The notes under the pieces were generated by a model. The model searched no databases. It had not been told where the DNA came from and worked only from the letters and a program-made list of their open reading frames with translations. A stretch of DNA of 64,000 bases from an uncultured delta proteobacterium (GTDB lineage Bacteria; Desulfobacterota; Desulfobacteria; Desulfobacterales; JAHEIW01). Location: assembly GCA_963706575.1 (NCBI GenBank), contig CAVPNL010000012.1:128001-192000 (forward strand), read 5' to 3'. Below, piece after piece: positions 9,523 through 19,457 of the stretch; position 1 is the first letter of the stretch; each line of letters begins with the position of its first letter. A program made the position numbers and the translations under genes.

Positions 9523-10794
9523 ATGATCTTCTCACGAAAGAAAATTGCAGCTTCAGGTGTTTTCTATGGCTGGTACGTGCTCGCCGCCAGTTTTTTCCTC
9601 CTTTTTTTCCAATCCGGCGCCCGTTTTTCTTTCGGGATCATGTTTAAGCCCATGGCTGCCGAAATGGGCTGGAGTCGAGCGTCAATTTCATCGGCTTTTT
9701 TTCTCAATGCGGTATTTTTCGCCCTGGCCATGAGCCTCGCCGGGAAGCTTTACGACCGCTACGGACCCCGCTGGGTAATATTGGTTTCAACCGTGCTGCT
9801 GGGAGCGGGTTACATCTGCACTTCCCAGGTTTATTCCCTGTGGCAATTCCACCTTTTTTACGGCGTATTAACCGCAGTGGGCATCGGTGGCGCATCGGTT
9901 CCGTTAATTGCGGCCCTGATGAGCAAATGGTTTGCCAGCCGCAGAGGTCTGGCCATCAGCCTGGCTCTATCGGGGAATTGTTTGGGCCAATTCGTACTGG
10001 TTCCCATTATCAATTGGTTTGTATTAGCCTACGGCTGGCGATTCTCATACGTACTTCTAGGCTTTATCATTCTGGCCGGGAATATCCTGCTGGTCTTAAC
10101 GGTGATAAAAGGCGACCCTGAAGATATGGGCATCAAACCGTATGGATATGATTCGGTCGATGCGGCTACCACACCCGAAAAACCAAACAACACAGTCCCC
10201 CAGCCAAACGATTTGAGCCTGATGCAGGCCAGTAAAGCCCCATCATTCTGGTTCTTTTTGCTCTTTATGTTTATTTGCGGCAGCGGTGATTTTCTGGTGG
10301 CCGCTCACCTGGTCCCGGTTGTGACCGATTACGGTGTCTCCCCCACCGCGGCGGCCAACATGATGGCCTGGTTTGGCCTCTTGAGCATGGGGGGGATCCT
10401 GATTGCCGGGCCCGCTTCAGACCTAATCGGTAACAAAATCCCCATCGCCCTCACTTTTGTTCTGCGCCTGATACTGTTTTTGATGATTTTGAAATATCCC
10501 AGCCCCATCACCTTTTTTATTTTCGCAGTCGGCTTTGGGTTTACCTTGTTGATTACGGCACCGCTTACGACAACTCTGGTTGGACGGCTTTACGGATTTA
10601 CCCATATGGGTATGATTTCAGGCTTTATTACCACCATCCACCATCTCGGCGGCGGCTTCTGGGCCTTTATGGGTGGTGCCCTCTTCGACAAAACCGGCAG
10701 TTATCAAATTACATTCGCCCTTTCGGCCGCGCTGGCGGTCATCGCCATTATCAGCACTCTGGCCATAAAAGAAAAAAGGCACATTATAAACTAA
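9523..10794 (+). CDS. MFS transporter (OFA/monocarboxylate-like)
   Basis: 12 TM segments; GKLYDRYGPR motif A; WFASRRGLA; GPASDLIG. Confidence 0.92.
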   Translation: MIFSRKKIAASGVFYGWYVLAASFFLLFFQSGARFSFGIMFKPMAAEMGWSRASISSAFFLNAVFFALAMSLAGKLYDRYGPRWVILVSTVLLGAGYICTSQVYSLWQFHLFYGVLTAVGIGGASVPLIAALMSKWFASRRGLAISLALSGNCLGQFVLVPIINWFVLAYGWRFSYVLLGFIILAGNILLVLTVIKGDPEDMGIKPYGYDSVDAATTPEKPNNTVPQPNDLSLMQASKAPSFWFFLLFMFICGSGDFLVAAHLVPVVTDYGVSPTAAANMMAWFGLLSMGGILIAGPASDLIGNKIPIALTFVLRLILFLMILKYPSPITFFIFAVGFGFTLLITAPLTTTLVGRLYGFTHMGMISGFITTIHHLGGGFWAFMGGALFDKTGSYQITFALSAALAVIAIISTLAIKEKRHIIN

Positions 10795-10836
10795 GCGTCC
10801 GGGTTTGATGATTTTGTTTACTTGAGGTTGGTTGCC

Positions 10837-11478
10837 GTGAAAAAGCCCCCGCTCCTTCAGAAACGCAGACAGGCTAAACACCCGCCGGGACGAAACGAAG
10901 GCGTTTTGCAAGTCTTCAAGTTTCTTGTCAGGATCTTGCTGCTACCCTTTTATCGTCTCGAGACAGACGGATTGCAGAATCTGCCCCGGGACAGTGCCTT
11001 TATCCTTTTATCCAAACACCAGCGCTGGGAAGACATCCCGCTGCTGGGCCTTGCCACGCCACGTCCACTTTATTATATCGCCAAATATGAACTATTCAAA
11101 AATGCCCTGAGCAACCGGTTTTTCAGCGCAATGGGCGGCATCCCCTTGAACCGGCAACGCCCCCTTGAAAGCCGACACTTTTTACAGGTCACCATTCAAG
11201 TGCTTGAAAAGGGTGAAGGGATCGTCATCTTCCCGGAAGGGACCTATTACCGCAACAAAATGGGACACGGCCAGAGCGGCATGATCAGATTTGTGCTTTC
11301 CCGTCTGAAGCTTCCCTTCATCCCCGTCGGCATCAATTATGCCGCCAACGGCTGGCGAACCCGTGTTCGCATAAACTTTGGCAAAGCGTTTCATGCCGAT
11401 CCGGCTTTAGCCGCAGACACCTTTGTAAGCCGTATGATGAAAGAAATTGCAGCGCTTTCGGGGTTGTCCATCGATTAG
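10837..11478 (+). CDS. Lysophospholipid acyltransferase (PlsC family)
   Basis: KHQRWED (HX4D), YIAKYELF, IFPEGT; start uncertain (10822 or 10837). Confidence 0.85.
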   Translation: MKKPPLLQKRRQAKHPPGRNEGVLQVFKFLVRILLLPFYRLETDGLQNLPRDSAFILLSKHQRWEDIPLLGLATPRPLYYIAKYELFKNALSNRFFSAMGGIPLNRQRPLESRHFLQVTIQVLEKGEGIVIFPEGTYYRNKMGHGQSGMIRFVLSRLKLPFIPVGINYAANGWRTRVRINFGKAFHADPALAADTFVSRMMKEIAALSGLSID

Positions 11479-11810
11479 GACTTGAATCGGGCAGGGACAT
11501 CATATTTTCAATTGGACCTATCCATTTTTCGCCCCACAAGAATTCAACAGTGCCCCACATGACTGAATTAAAATTATTATTTAAGTGGTTGTTTTATTCA
11601 TTTATGCGTGATTCGAATCACTAGAATTGAATTTAGTAAATAAATTTAAAAAACTGTTGATTCGCTTAAAATAGTACTATAAGGAAAGGTTCTAGCGGAC
11701 AAAGGCCGGTGCTACCGGTCGAGAGCAGTAACTCCCCCCAAGTATTTTTCTAGCCAAGAGAAGAAGAAAGTCAAAATTTAACGGTTAAACGTTAGCCAGA
11801 TGGTGAAAAC

Positions 11811-12038
11811 ATGGATGCGATATTGAACCCGTTGCGCGACGCGGTCCCAGCAACCAAGTACTTTCACGACAACTGGGGTACGCGATCGGGCAGTGACCGG
11901 CGACAAAAAAATGGATTATACCTGGGCCCTGAAAGAAGGGTACGCACCGAACGCCGCAGTGGATTTGATCGCCGCCGGCTCTCTTTTGTCAAAAGAAGAG
12001 CGGTGATGGACTTAAGGGAAGCTTACAGAGACTTATAA
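11811..12038 (+). CDS. Small Arg-rich-repeat protein (DRR/ERR; YLGPERR)
   Basis: 75-aa ORF with GGTG RBS and a strong terminator directly downstream. Confidence 0.7.
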   Translation: MDAILNPLRDAVPATKYFHDNWGTRSGSDRRQKNGLYLGPERRVRTERRSGFDRRRLSFVKRRAVMDLREAYRDL

Positions 12039-12070
12039 TCAGAACGATTTAATAATTTAAGATATAACAG

Positions 12071-12099
12071 ACAGGGTATATCATACCCTGTTTTTTTTT
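12071..12099 (+). terminator. Rho-independent terminator
   Basis: ACAGGGTAT-ATC-ATACCCTGT followed by a T run. Confidence 0.85.
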
Positions 12100-12250
12100 G
12101 ACTTATCTTTACTCTATTTTACTCTATTTTACATGTCTTTACGCTAGTCATATAAATCTTTAAAGGCCGACAGCACGAAATGGATTGCAGTGGTTTTGTT
12201 TCAGGAAATATTTTGACCGCTGCGCCGATAACCCCAGATGAAATTGATGC

Positions 12251-12279
12251 TTGAATCTAATCCGATTCAACCCTATAAT
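12251..12279 (+). promoter_or_regulatory. Sigma70 promoter overlapped by a palindromic operator-like site
   Basis: TTGAAT-N17-TATAAT; TTGAATC-N6-GATTCAA inverted repeat covers the -35 box and spacer. Confidence 0.65.
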
Positions 12280-12290
12280 ACAGGTCGCAT

Positions 12291-12439
12291 TAGAAGTGGT
12301 TTCAAAACCTCAGATCAGGTTCCCCGCTTTAACGCGGGATTGCACGTCTTTATTTTAAGAAATTAATGTGTGCATCAAAGCCCCGCTTAGCGGGGCGACG
12401 CAGCCATTGGGCCTTGGATGGGGTTTTGAACCACTGATA
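12291..12439. mobile_element. MITE-like element, diverged copy C (TIR TAGAAGTGGTTTCAAAACC / GGTTTTGAACCACTGATA)
   Basis: Imperfect TIRs; shares TAGAA..TCAAAA ends and the AGATC and ATTGGGCC blocks with copies A and B. Confidence 0.6.
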
Positions 12440-12483
12440 GGCACCTTTCAACGATAACCGTCAATCTAAAGTTTGCTGAAGCC

Positions 12484-13746
12484 ATGGCTGAAATTAGACC
12501 ATTCAAATCGTGGCGTTATCGCCCATCATTATTAAAAAACATCGGGGAGCTCACCTCGCCGTTGTTTGATGTGGCCTCTGAAAGGCAACGTGAGGCGCTT
12601 TACGGCAATCCGCTCAACAGTATTCACCTCTCGATTCCCCGGGGGGATCAGCCGGCTGAAAACGCGGCAGCGATTTTGAATGAATGGAAGCAGAAAAATT
12701 ATATCATTCAGGATCAGGTACCCGGCATTTATGTATATTACCAATATTTTTCTTTACCGTCTGATCCCAAACCCTATTGTCGTAAGGGGTTTATCTGCAA
12801 GATCAGGGTCCACGAATGGCAGGACAACATCATTTTAAGGCATGAAAACACAATGAATGAAGCGGTCGATGGGCAGATCGAGCTGCTAGCCGCAACCCGG
12901 CTGAACGCCAGTCCGACACACGGGCTATACACGGATGAATCGTTTGAACTGGAACCGTATATGGATGCCTGCATCCAGGACCCGATTTGTGAAGCTGAGG
13001 ATTATCAGGGGGTAAAAGATGTGATGGGTATCATCCAGGATGAATCCATTATTGCCAAATTTGTTGAGCGACTAAAAGACGAACCGGTTATTCTGGCTGA
13101 TGGCCACCACCGCTATGCGGGTTCTCTGGCCTATATGAAGCAGCAGATGGCCAGCAATCCGGCACATAAAGGCGATGAAGGTTATAATTTTCACTTGATG
13201 TGGCTCACCAACACCGAAGCAAACGACCTTCGAATACTGCCAACCCACCGCCTGATTAAAGATCTGGAAAATTTTGATGAAACCGACATCGTGAAAAACT
13301 TTGAACCCAATTTTAGAATTAAAGCGGTGGCGGATCCAGGTGAAATCCACGAGTTCATTCTGGGCAAACCCTGGACATTTGGACTTATTTTCAAGGAAAA
13401 TGCGTATGCGGTCCGGTTAAAGCCAGAAGTCTTTCCGGCGCTAAACTGGAATTTCCCGGAGCAGGTAAAGAAGCTGGATCTGACGGTGGCGCATTATTTT
13501 ATCATTGAGGATATTCTGGGCATTCCGGGGAAAAAACAAAATACCTCAGCGAATATTGAATATGAAAGAAATTTCACAAAATGTATGACCGCCGTTATGC
13601 AGGATAAAGCGCAGATGGCGATCATTATCAACGATGTTTGTATTGAGGATGTGAAAAAGGTCTGCGGCTGCGGCTTTACGATGCCTCCCAAATCCACCTT
13701 TTTTTACCCCAAGGCTGTCTGTGGCTTTCTTTTTTCTTCCTTATAA
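12484..13746 (+). CDS. DUF1015-family protein
   Basis: MAEIRPF, ILRHENT, ILADGHHRY, ILPTHRL, MPPKSTFFYPK. Confidence 0.92.
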   Translation: MAEIRPFKSWRYRPSLLKNIGELTSPLFDVASERQREALYGNPLNSIHLSIPRGDQPAENAAAILNEWKQKNYIIQDQVPGIYVYYQYFSLPSDPKPYCRKGFICKIRVHEWQDNIILRHENTMNEAVDGQIELLAATRLNASPTHGLYTDESFELEPYMDACIQDPICEAEDYQGVKDVMGIIQDESIIAKFVERLKDEPVILADGHHRYAGSLAYMKQQMASNPAHKGDEGYNFHLMWLTNTEANDLRILPTHRLIKDLENFDETDIVKNFEPNFRIKAVADPGEIHEFILGKPWTFGLIFKENAYAVRLKPEVFPALNWNFPEQVKKLDLTVAHYFIIEDILGIPGKKQNTSANIEYERNFTKCMTAVMQDKAQMAIIINDVCIEDVKKVCGCGFTMPPKSTFFYPKAVCGFLFSSL

Positions 13747-13754
13747 AATGGATT

Positions 13755-13831
13755 CACCGCAGAGACGCAGAGCCCGCAGAGAAAAAATTTCTTTATAAAA
13801 AAAACTCTGCGGGCTCTGCGTCTCTGCGGTG
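13755..13831. repeat. REP-like palindrome with perfect 27-bp arms (CACCGCAGAGACGCAGAG...)
   Basis: caccgcagagacgcagagcccgcagag and its exact reverse complement lie between convergent genes; may act as a bidirectional terminator. Confidence 0.85.
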
Positions 13832-13866
13832 CGCTAAATCAAGAAAATGGCGCCTGGAGGTGATTT

Positions 13867-15069
13867 TTAGCCGGCGCTCAAAACCGTTTCAATCCGCTCC
13901 AGGGCCCAGTCGATTTCATCTTTGGTGATCACCAGCGGCGGGGCAAAACGAATCGTGTCTTCATGGGTCTCTTTACAAAGCAGCCCCATGGACATCAATG
14001 TTTCGCAATATGTGCGGGCACCGCCGGCATCCGGCATCAGCTCAACCGCCAGCATGAGTCCCCTGCCCCGCACCTCTTTAATGTGAGGTGAGCGGATTTT
14101 CGACAGGTTCGTCAAAAAATAATTCCCCATCTTTGCGGCGTTTTCAATCATATGCTCTTCGACCAAAACCTTAAGTGCCGTCCGCGCAATGGCACAGGCC
14201 AGCGGGTTGCCGCCAAAGGTGCTGCCGTGTTCCCCGGGGCGTAAAACATCCATGACTTCCTTGTTGGAAAGTACCGCTGAAATAGGATAAAAACCGCCGG
14301 AAAGCGCTTTGCCGATTAGGGTCAGGTCGGCTTCGATCCCCTCATGTTCCTCGGCCAGCAGCTTGCCGGTACGACCCAGGCCGGTCTGGATTTCATCCAG
14401 CACTAAGACGACATTGTTTTGCGAACAGATGGATCTGGCTTTGCGCAGATAACCGTCAGGCGGTATGATTACGCCGGCTTCGCCCTGAATGGGTTCTGCC
14501 AGAAAAGCGACCGTGTTCGGTGTGATGGCAGCTTCAAGCGCGTCACTATCGCCGAAAGGAATAATCTTAAATCCGGGGGTGAAGGGACCGAAATTTTCCC
14601 GTGACGGTTTATCGGTGCTGAAACCAACAATGGTGATCGTGCGTCCGTGAAAATTATTTTCGCAAACAATAATTTCAGCTTGATCCCGCGGAACCCCTTT
14701 GACTTGATAGCCCCATTTGCGAACAGCCTTGATAACCGTTTCCACCGCCTCGGCACCACTGTTCATGGGCAATACTTTGTGGGAGTTCGTCAGATCACAG
14801 ATTTCTTTATAAAGCAGTCCCAGCTGATTGTTGCGAAACGCCCGGGATGTCAGGGTCAGTATCTGTGACTGTTCGATCATGGTGCCCATGATTTTCGGGT
14901 GGCAGTGGCCTTGATTGACCGCCGAATACGCCGAAAGGCAGTCCATATATTTGTTGCCTTCCACATCCCATACCCAGATACCTTCACCACGGTTTAGGAC
15001 GACATCCAGCGGCTTGTAATTGTGGGCACCCAGTTCATCTTCAAGGTTTATGTAGTCTTGAGGTTTCAT
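13867..15069 (-). CDS. rocD: Ornithine--oxo-acid aminotransferase
   Basis: [54 protein letters not shown] (PLP lysine), [11 protein letters not shown]. Confidence 0.96.
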   Translation of the reverse strand: MKPQDYINLEDELGAHNYKPLDVVLNRGEGIWVWDVEGNKYMDCLSAYSAVNQGHCHPKIMGTMIEQSQILTLTSRAFRNNQLGLLYKEICDLTNSHKVLPMNSGAEAVETVIKAVRKWGYQVKGVPRDQAEIIVCENNFHGRTITIVGFSTDKPSRENFGPFTPGFKIIPFGDSDALEAAITPNTVAFLAEPIQGEAGVIIPPDGYLRKARSICSQNNVVLVLDEIQTGLGRTGKLLAEEHEGIEADLTLIGKALSGGFYPISAVLSNKEVMDVLRPGEHGSTFGGNPLACAIARTALKVLVEEHMIENAAKMGNYFLTNLSKIRSPHIKEVRGRGLMLAVELMPDAGGARTYCETLMSMGLLCKETHEDTIRFAPPLVITKDEIDWALERIETVLSAG

Positions 15070-15244
15070 GGGTTGTCCTTCGTATTCAGCCTTCATAATG
15101 AATACCTGCGCGACAGCTAAAGTTTTTGTGGTATTATTTCATATTAGCGTTGCCGGGTCAATAATATCAAAATGCTGTGGATTGGAGCTGGTCGATGGGT
15201 GCTTTGGTGGATATCGGGCGGGTAATGATCGTTTCAAATAAACA

Positions 15245-15322
15245 CCGGATTGGAACGAGCAAGATTTCCCCGCCCATCTCCAATCTCCAGGCGGGCGAGC
15301 AGCCCTGCCAATCCGGAGTAAA
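15245..15322. repeat. Intergenic palindromic element at the left edge of the island
   Basis: CCGGATTGG...CCAATCCGG outer arms with an inner CCCGCC...GGCGGG stem. Confidence 0.5.
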
Positions 15323-15524
15323 GTTCAAGTTCTTAGAAAATTTTTGTTAATATAAAAAAAGATTTCGCTACCGATTTGTATCGACTGCTCAACTTCTTTT
15401 GCAAATTTAACCTATTTATGATTTATCATTTTTCATATGCTAAAGATCAGAAAAACGGACATTGTTTGAAACACGTTGGAATTCATCATAGCAACTAAAA
15501 AGGCTCAAATGAAGGAGGCAAATA

Positions 15525-16070
15525 TGAGAACCATTGTTATCTTTATAACAGTGATCGTACTGATTGTGGCTGCTGGGCTCGCAGACAGTGAAGCGGATGA
15601 TAAACGCACCCTACTATACGGCATATAACATGTGGAAGTCTTCAAAGATGAAGTGCATCAATTTTAAGGAGGGTGACGACATTTTACCTGCAGGCACGGA
15701 AGTCCGCAGTGTTCGAATCTTTCAACACATCATTGCCTTTACAACTGTGAATGATGGCAAAACCTATTCTGTTGGTTTTACCCAGAGATGGCACCCTAAA
15801 AAAACAGCTGATGACTACAGGAAAATGATGTTTACGACGAAAAATTTTGGAGAATTAACAGAAGGGCTGAGTGAAATTGAAATAGACGCTATGAAGAAAG
15901 GCATCCTGGTGAATGGAATGAGCAAAAGAGCGGTGTTTATTTGTTATGGTCCTCCGCCGGAACACCATACTCCGAACCTGGATGTCAAAACCTGGTACTA
16001 TTGGAAAAATAGGCGGGACAAGTTTGCGGTAAGTTTTGACCAAGATCAAAAGCTAGTGTTAAATAATTAG
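15525..16070 (+). pseudogene. Exported protein with BamE/SmpA-like C-terminus, paralog 1 (frameshift ~15610)
   Basis: Signal peptide MRTIVIFITVIVLIVAAG behind AAGGAGG is out of frame with YYTAYNMW...GMSKRAV..YGPPPEHHTPNL..WYYWKN. Confidence 0.7.
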
Positions 16071-16173
16071 GGCGGCAAAGTGGATCCCAAGACGAAAATA
16101 ACAGGAGAGGATACAGTCCTGAACAAAATTTCAATTAATATTTGTTTTAATTATTAATTAAGGGGCTTTAAAA

Positions 16174-16774
16174 ATGAAGCGCCTGAATATTTTTGTCGTT
16201 TTAATTGTATGCTCATTACTATTTTTATTTTTTGACAGTTGCATCCAGGATATTTGCGTTGAGATACCACCACATATGCCGGCCGATAATAATAGTCAGC
16301 TTCCCGCAATCCCTTCCCAAAAAATCTGTCTGAAAGCGATCAAAGATGTCCGGATTCTGGATCGTGCTGAAGGTACAAGAGAAGCCGCATTTGGTGTGCC
16401 GATGGGTACTGTTGATTTTTATCCGTTCGGTAGAGTCAATGTTCAAAGATGTAATTAAAGCAGAATTCCAAAGCGCCGGCCATACTTTGGCCAAAGACGA
16501 ACAGCCCATTACCCTTGCGGGGGAGATACTGACATTTGAAGTTAGTACAGATACAACCCCTTTGTATTGGGATATTATTGGAAGAAGCCTGGTTGAACTG
16601 CAAATTAAAAGAGTTGACGGCAAAGCATCGAAACACAACTACGCATCAATCTGTAAAAAAGGACCTACATTTACCCGAGCAGCACGCTCATTCAAAAAGC
16701 CATGAAAAACTGTATAAACGATTTCGCAAATAAGCTAAGCGAATGACGATAAATTAGCCCAAGCGCTGATGTAG
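16174..16774 (+). pseudogene. YajG-like lipoprotein (multiple frameshifts)
   Basis: Fragments join as signal peptide+Cys ... IKDVR..GTREAAFGVPMG..F(Y)PSVESMFKDVIKAEFQSAGH...FEVSTDTTPLYWDI... Confidence 0.55.
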
Positions 16775-16874
16775 AAAAACCATGACCATCTAAAGCACCA
16801 AACAAAAGCCGAGGGCTACTAATTCTTCAATTATGATCCGCCCAAAAATTTAATTGCGGAGAAAGGAAATAGCT

Positions 16875-17317
16875 ATGAAACATCGTCCGGCTTTATTATT
16901 CATTGCTTTGGCCGTGATCGGCCTGTCTAGCAGGCCTTTGCCCGCGATGATAGGTTAATGTTCCCCATAAATGATGCATTGGCGACACCCGCGGCTCAAG
17001 AAAAACTGCAGGGCATTGATTTTTATTTCGGCAATCAGAAGCATCCCAAAATACTAAAGGACTTTGGGGAGTTTAGCACGAATAAAAAAACGAATGCCAT
17101 TAATAAATCAGACCTCCAGGCCTGTGAATGGGTTTTTCTGTGCGCTCTGTTGAGTTTACAGGAACGGGCGAGAAGGCACGGGGCGAACGCCGTGATCAAC
17201 ATTAAGAGCAATTATCGGAACAACGAAGTGTTGAGCGATACAGAGTTTCAATGCGGCGCGGGCACCCTATTTGCCGGGGTGGCGCTCAAGGGTCGCATTG
17301 TAAAACTCGCCAAGTAA
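16875..17317 (+). pseudogene. Exported 'excinuclease-like' small protein associated with aryl-polyene clusters, paralog 1 (frameshift in signal peptide)
   Basis: MKHRPALLFIALAVIG../AFARDDRLMFPI; TNKKTN..KSD..ACEWVFL.ALL.LQERA...ANAVINIKSNY...CGAG..AGVALKG. Confidence 0.7.
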
Positions 17318-17349
17318 CGCTATCGTATGGTTTTCTTCCTTATCAAAGT

Positions 17350-17739
17350 ATGACTGGAATAAAATTGAATAGAAAAAGCCTATTTGTCGGATTTATCATT
17401 CAATTTATCATCATTTTCATACTCTTCTCATCGTGCGCAACGACCCCTAAGATTGGGCAACCGATAAATAGACAATTAAAAGATGGCGTTTATGAAGGCA
17501 GCTATACGGGAGGCCCCAATAAAGCATTTGTAAAGGTAACCATAGAAGATAATAAGATAATAGAAATTCAAATCATAGAACACTGGACATTGAAAGGGCA
17601 AAAAGCAGACCTGATTATACCGGGCAGAATCCTAGAAAACCAAAGGACGGATGTGGATGTCGTTAGCGGCGCCACAAATAGCAGCATTGTAATTATGAAT
17701 GCTGTTCAAAGAGCAGTTGAAAAAGCCTATGAAAACTAA
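17350..17739 (+). CDS. FMN-binding domain lipoprotein
   Basis: Lipobox FSSC; LKDGVYEG; VDVVSGATNSS flavinylation motif. Confidence 0.85.
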   Translation: MTGIKLNRKSLFVGFIIQFIIIFILFSSCATTPKIGQPINRQLKDGVYEGSYTGGPNKAFVKVTIEDNKIIEIQIIEHWTLKGQKADLIIPGRILENQRTDVDVVSGATNSSIVIMNAVQRAVEKAYEN

Positions 17740-17765
17740 CGCAATAACATTTCAAAGGAGGTGGT

Positions 17766-18867
17766 ATGAAAGTACTGGCAATTAATTCCAGCCCCCGCAG
17801 TGGTGGTCAGAGCAAAACCGAACTCATGCTTAATCACCTTGCCGAAGGCATGCAGGAAGCCGGTGCCAACGTCGAGGTGGTGAACCTACGTGAGAAAAAA
17901 ATTAAAAATTGCATCGGCTGCTACACATGTTGGACCAAAACCCCAGGCAAATGCGTGCACAAGGACGACATGGCCAAAGAACTATTCCCGAAATGGCTGG
18001 AATCCGACATGCGTGGTCTATGCGACCCCCCTTTATTACCATTTCATTAATCGCGCGATGAGTACCTTTTTAGAGCGCACGCTTCCAGCCATACAGCCTT
18101 TCTTTGAGCGAATCGAAGGAAAAACTTACCACCCCCTGCGCCAAAAGGTTCCCTCGATTGTCTTACTCTCTGTTTGCGGATTTCCCGAGGGATCGGAATT
18201 TGACCCACTCTCAGAATTTGTCAATCGTACGCGCCATAAAGATGTAACGATTGTGGCCGAAATTTATCGGTCCGCTGCTGAGGCTATGACAAGTGCTTTT
18301 TTGCAGGATAAAAGAAACGACATACTGGAAGCAACAAAATTGGCGGGCAAAGAATTGGTACTGACCGGGGCGGTATCGCCTGAAACAATGGCGAAGATCA
18401 GGCAACCTCTGATAGATCCCCAGACCTTTGCAGATATGGGAAATATTTATTGGAAAACGTGCATTGCTGAAGGCGTGACACCAAAAGAATTTAAGGAAAG
18501 AAAAATGGTCCCTCGGCCGGATTCCATTGAGAGCTTCATGCTGCTCCTGCCCTTCGGTCTCAATACAGAAGCAGTCGGCGAACAAAAGATCAATCTGCAG
18601 TTCAACTTTTCCGGTGAAGTAACGGATTCATGTTATTTTATTATTGAAAACGGTCATGTTGAACCCAAAAATGGCATTGCCAAAAGCCCGGACATCACCA
18701 TAGAGACTCCTTTTGATATCTGGATGGATATCATGACCGGCAAAGCTGATGGCCAACAAATGTTTCTGCAGGAAAAATACAGGATACACGGTGACAGTAC
18801 CCTAATAATTCAACTTTTAAAAAAGGACATTGACGAGCACCGATCCTCCAGGAAATTACCGCAATGA
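17766..18867 (+). pseudogene. Iron-sulfur flavoprotein/NADPH-FMN reductase fused to SCP2 domain (frameshift ~18010)
   Basis: INSSPR, CIGCYTCW..TPGKC..KDDM, VVYATPLY; C-terminal LQFNFSGE..PDITIE..WMDIMTGKADGQQMF..KYRIHGD. Confidence 0.8.
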
Positions 18868-18923
18868 AGGGGTGCGGGTATTATAGCGCTTCCGATAGAT
18901 TTTGGTTTCATTTGAAAACAACC

Positions 18924-19369
18924 ATGAAAAAGATGCTTCACTGTATGGTTAATCGGCCTGGCAAATATTTGGAACCGCTCAACAGACTGTTGCCCGCGAC
19001 GACCGGTTATTGTTTCCAATTGGTGAGGCCTTGTCGACAGTTGCAGCACAAAATAGACTTCAGGGCATTGATTTTTATTTCGGCGACCAGAAGCACCCGG
19101 AAGTACTAAAAGACCTTGGAGAATTTAATACCAATAAAAAAACCAACTCCTTCGCTAAATCAGACAAACAGGCCTGCGAATGGGTGTTTCTGTCTGCGCT
19201 GCTGCAATTGCAGGAACGGGCAAGAAACCTGAATGCAAACGCCGTGATTAACATCAAGAGCAATTATAAGTTCAGCGAGTTTGCTAGCGAAACGGAATTC
19301 GAGTGCGGTGCGGGCCACATAATTGCCGGGGTGGCGCTCAAGGGTAGGCTTGTAAAGCTCGCCGAGTAG
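18924..19369 (+). pseudogene. 'Excinuclease-like' exported small protein, paralog 2 (frameshifted N-terminus)
   Basis: About 70% identical to paralog 1 by hand alignment; ARDDRLLFPI mature start. Confidence 0.7.
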
Positions 19370-19457
19370 TGCTGCACAGAGGATTTTCAACTTTCATTTT
19401 TATAAATAGATGTCCTTAAAGGGCAGCTTTTATACTTGGGATCCTCAACAAGCAGGA

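Noticed and set aside
11690..11760. c-di-GMP-I (GEMM) riboswitch upstream of the Arg-rich ORF
   Set aside because: There is a hairpin, but the GGCAAAC..GAAA..GACGCAAAGC core is missing.
12108..12131. Short tandem duplication TTTACTCTAT x2
   Set aside because: Only two units in AT-rich DNA, with no sign of function.
16875..19369. UvrA/excinuclease DNA-repair genes
   Set aside because: The proteins are ~145 aa, exported, and have no Walker motifs; the name is a known mis-annotation.
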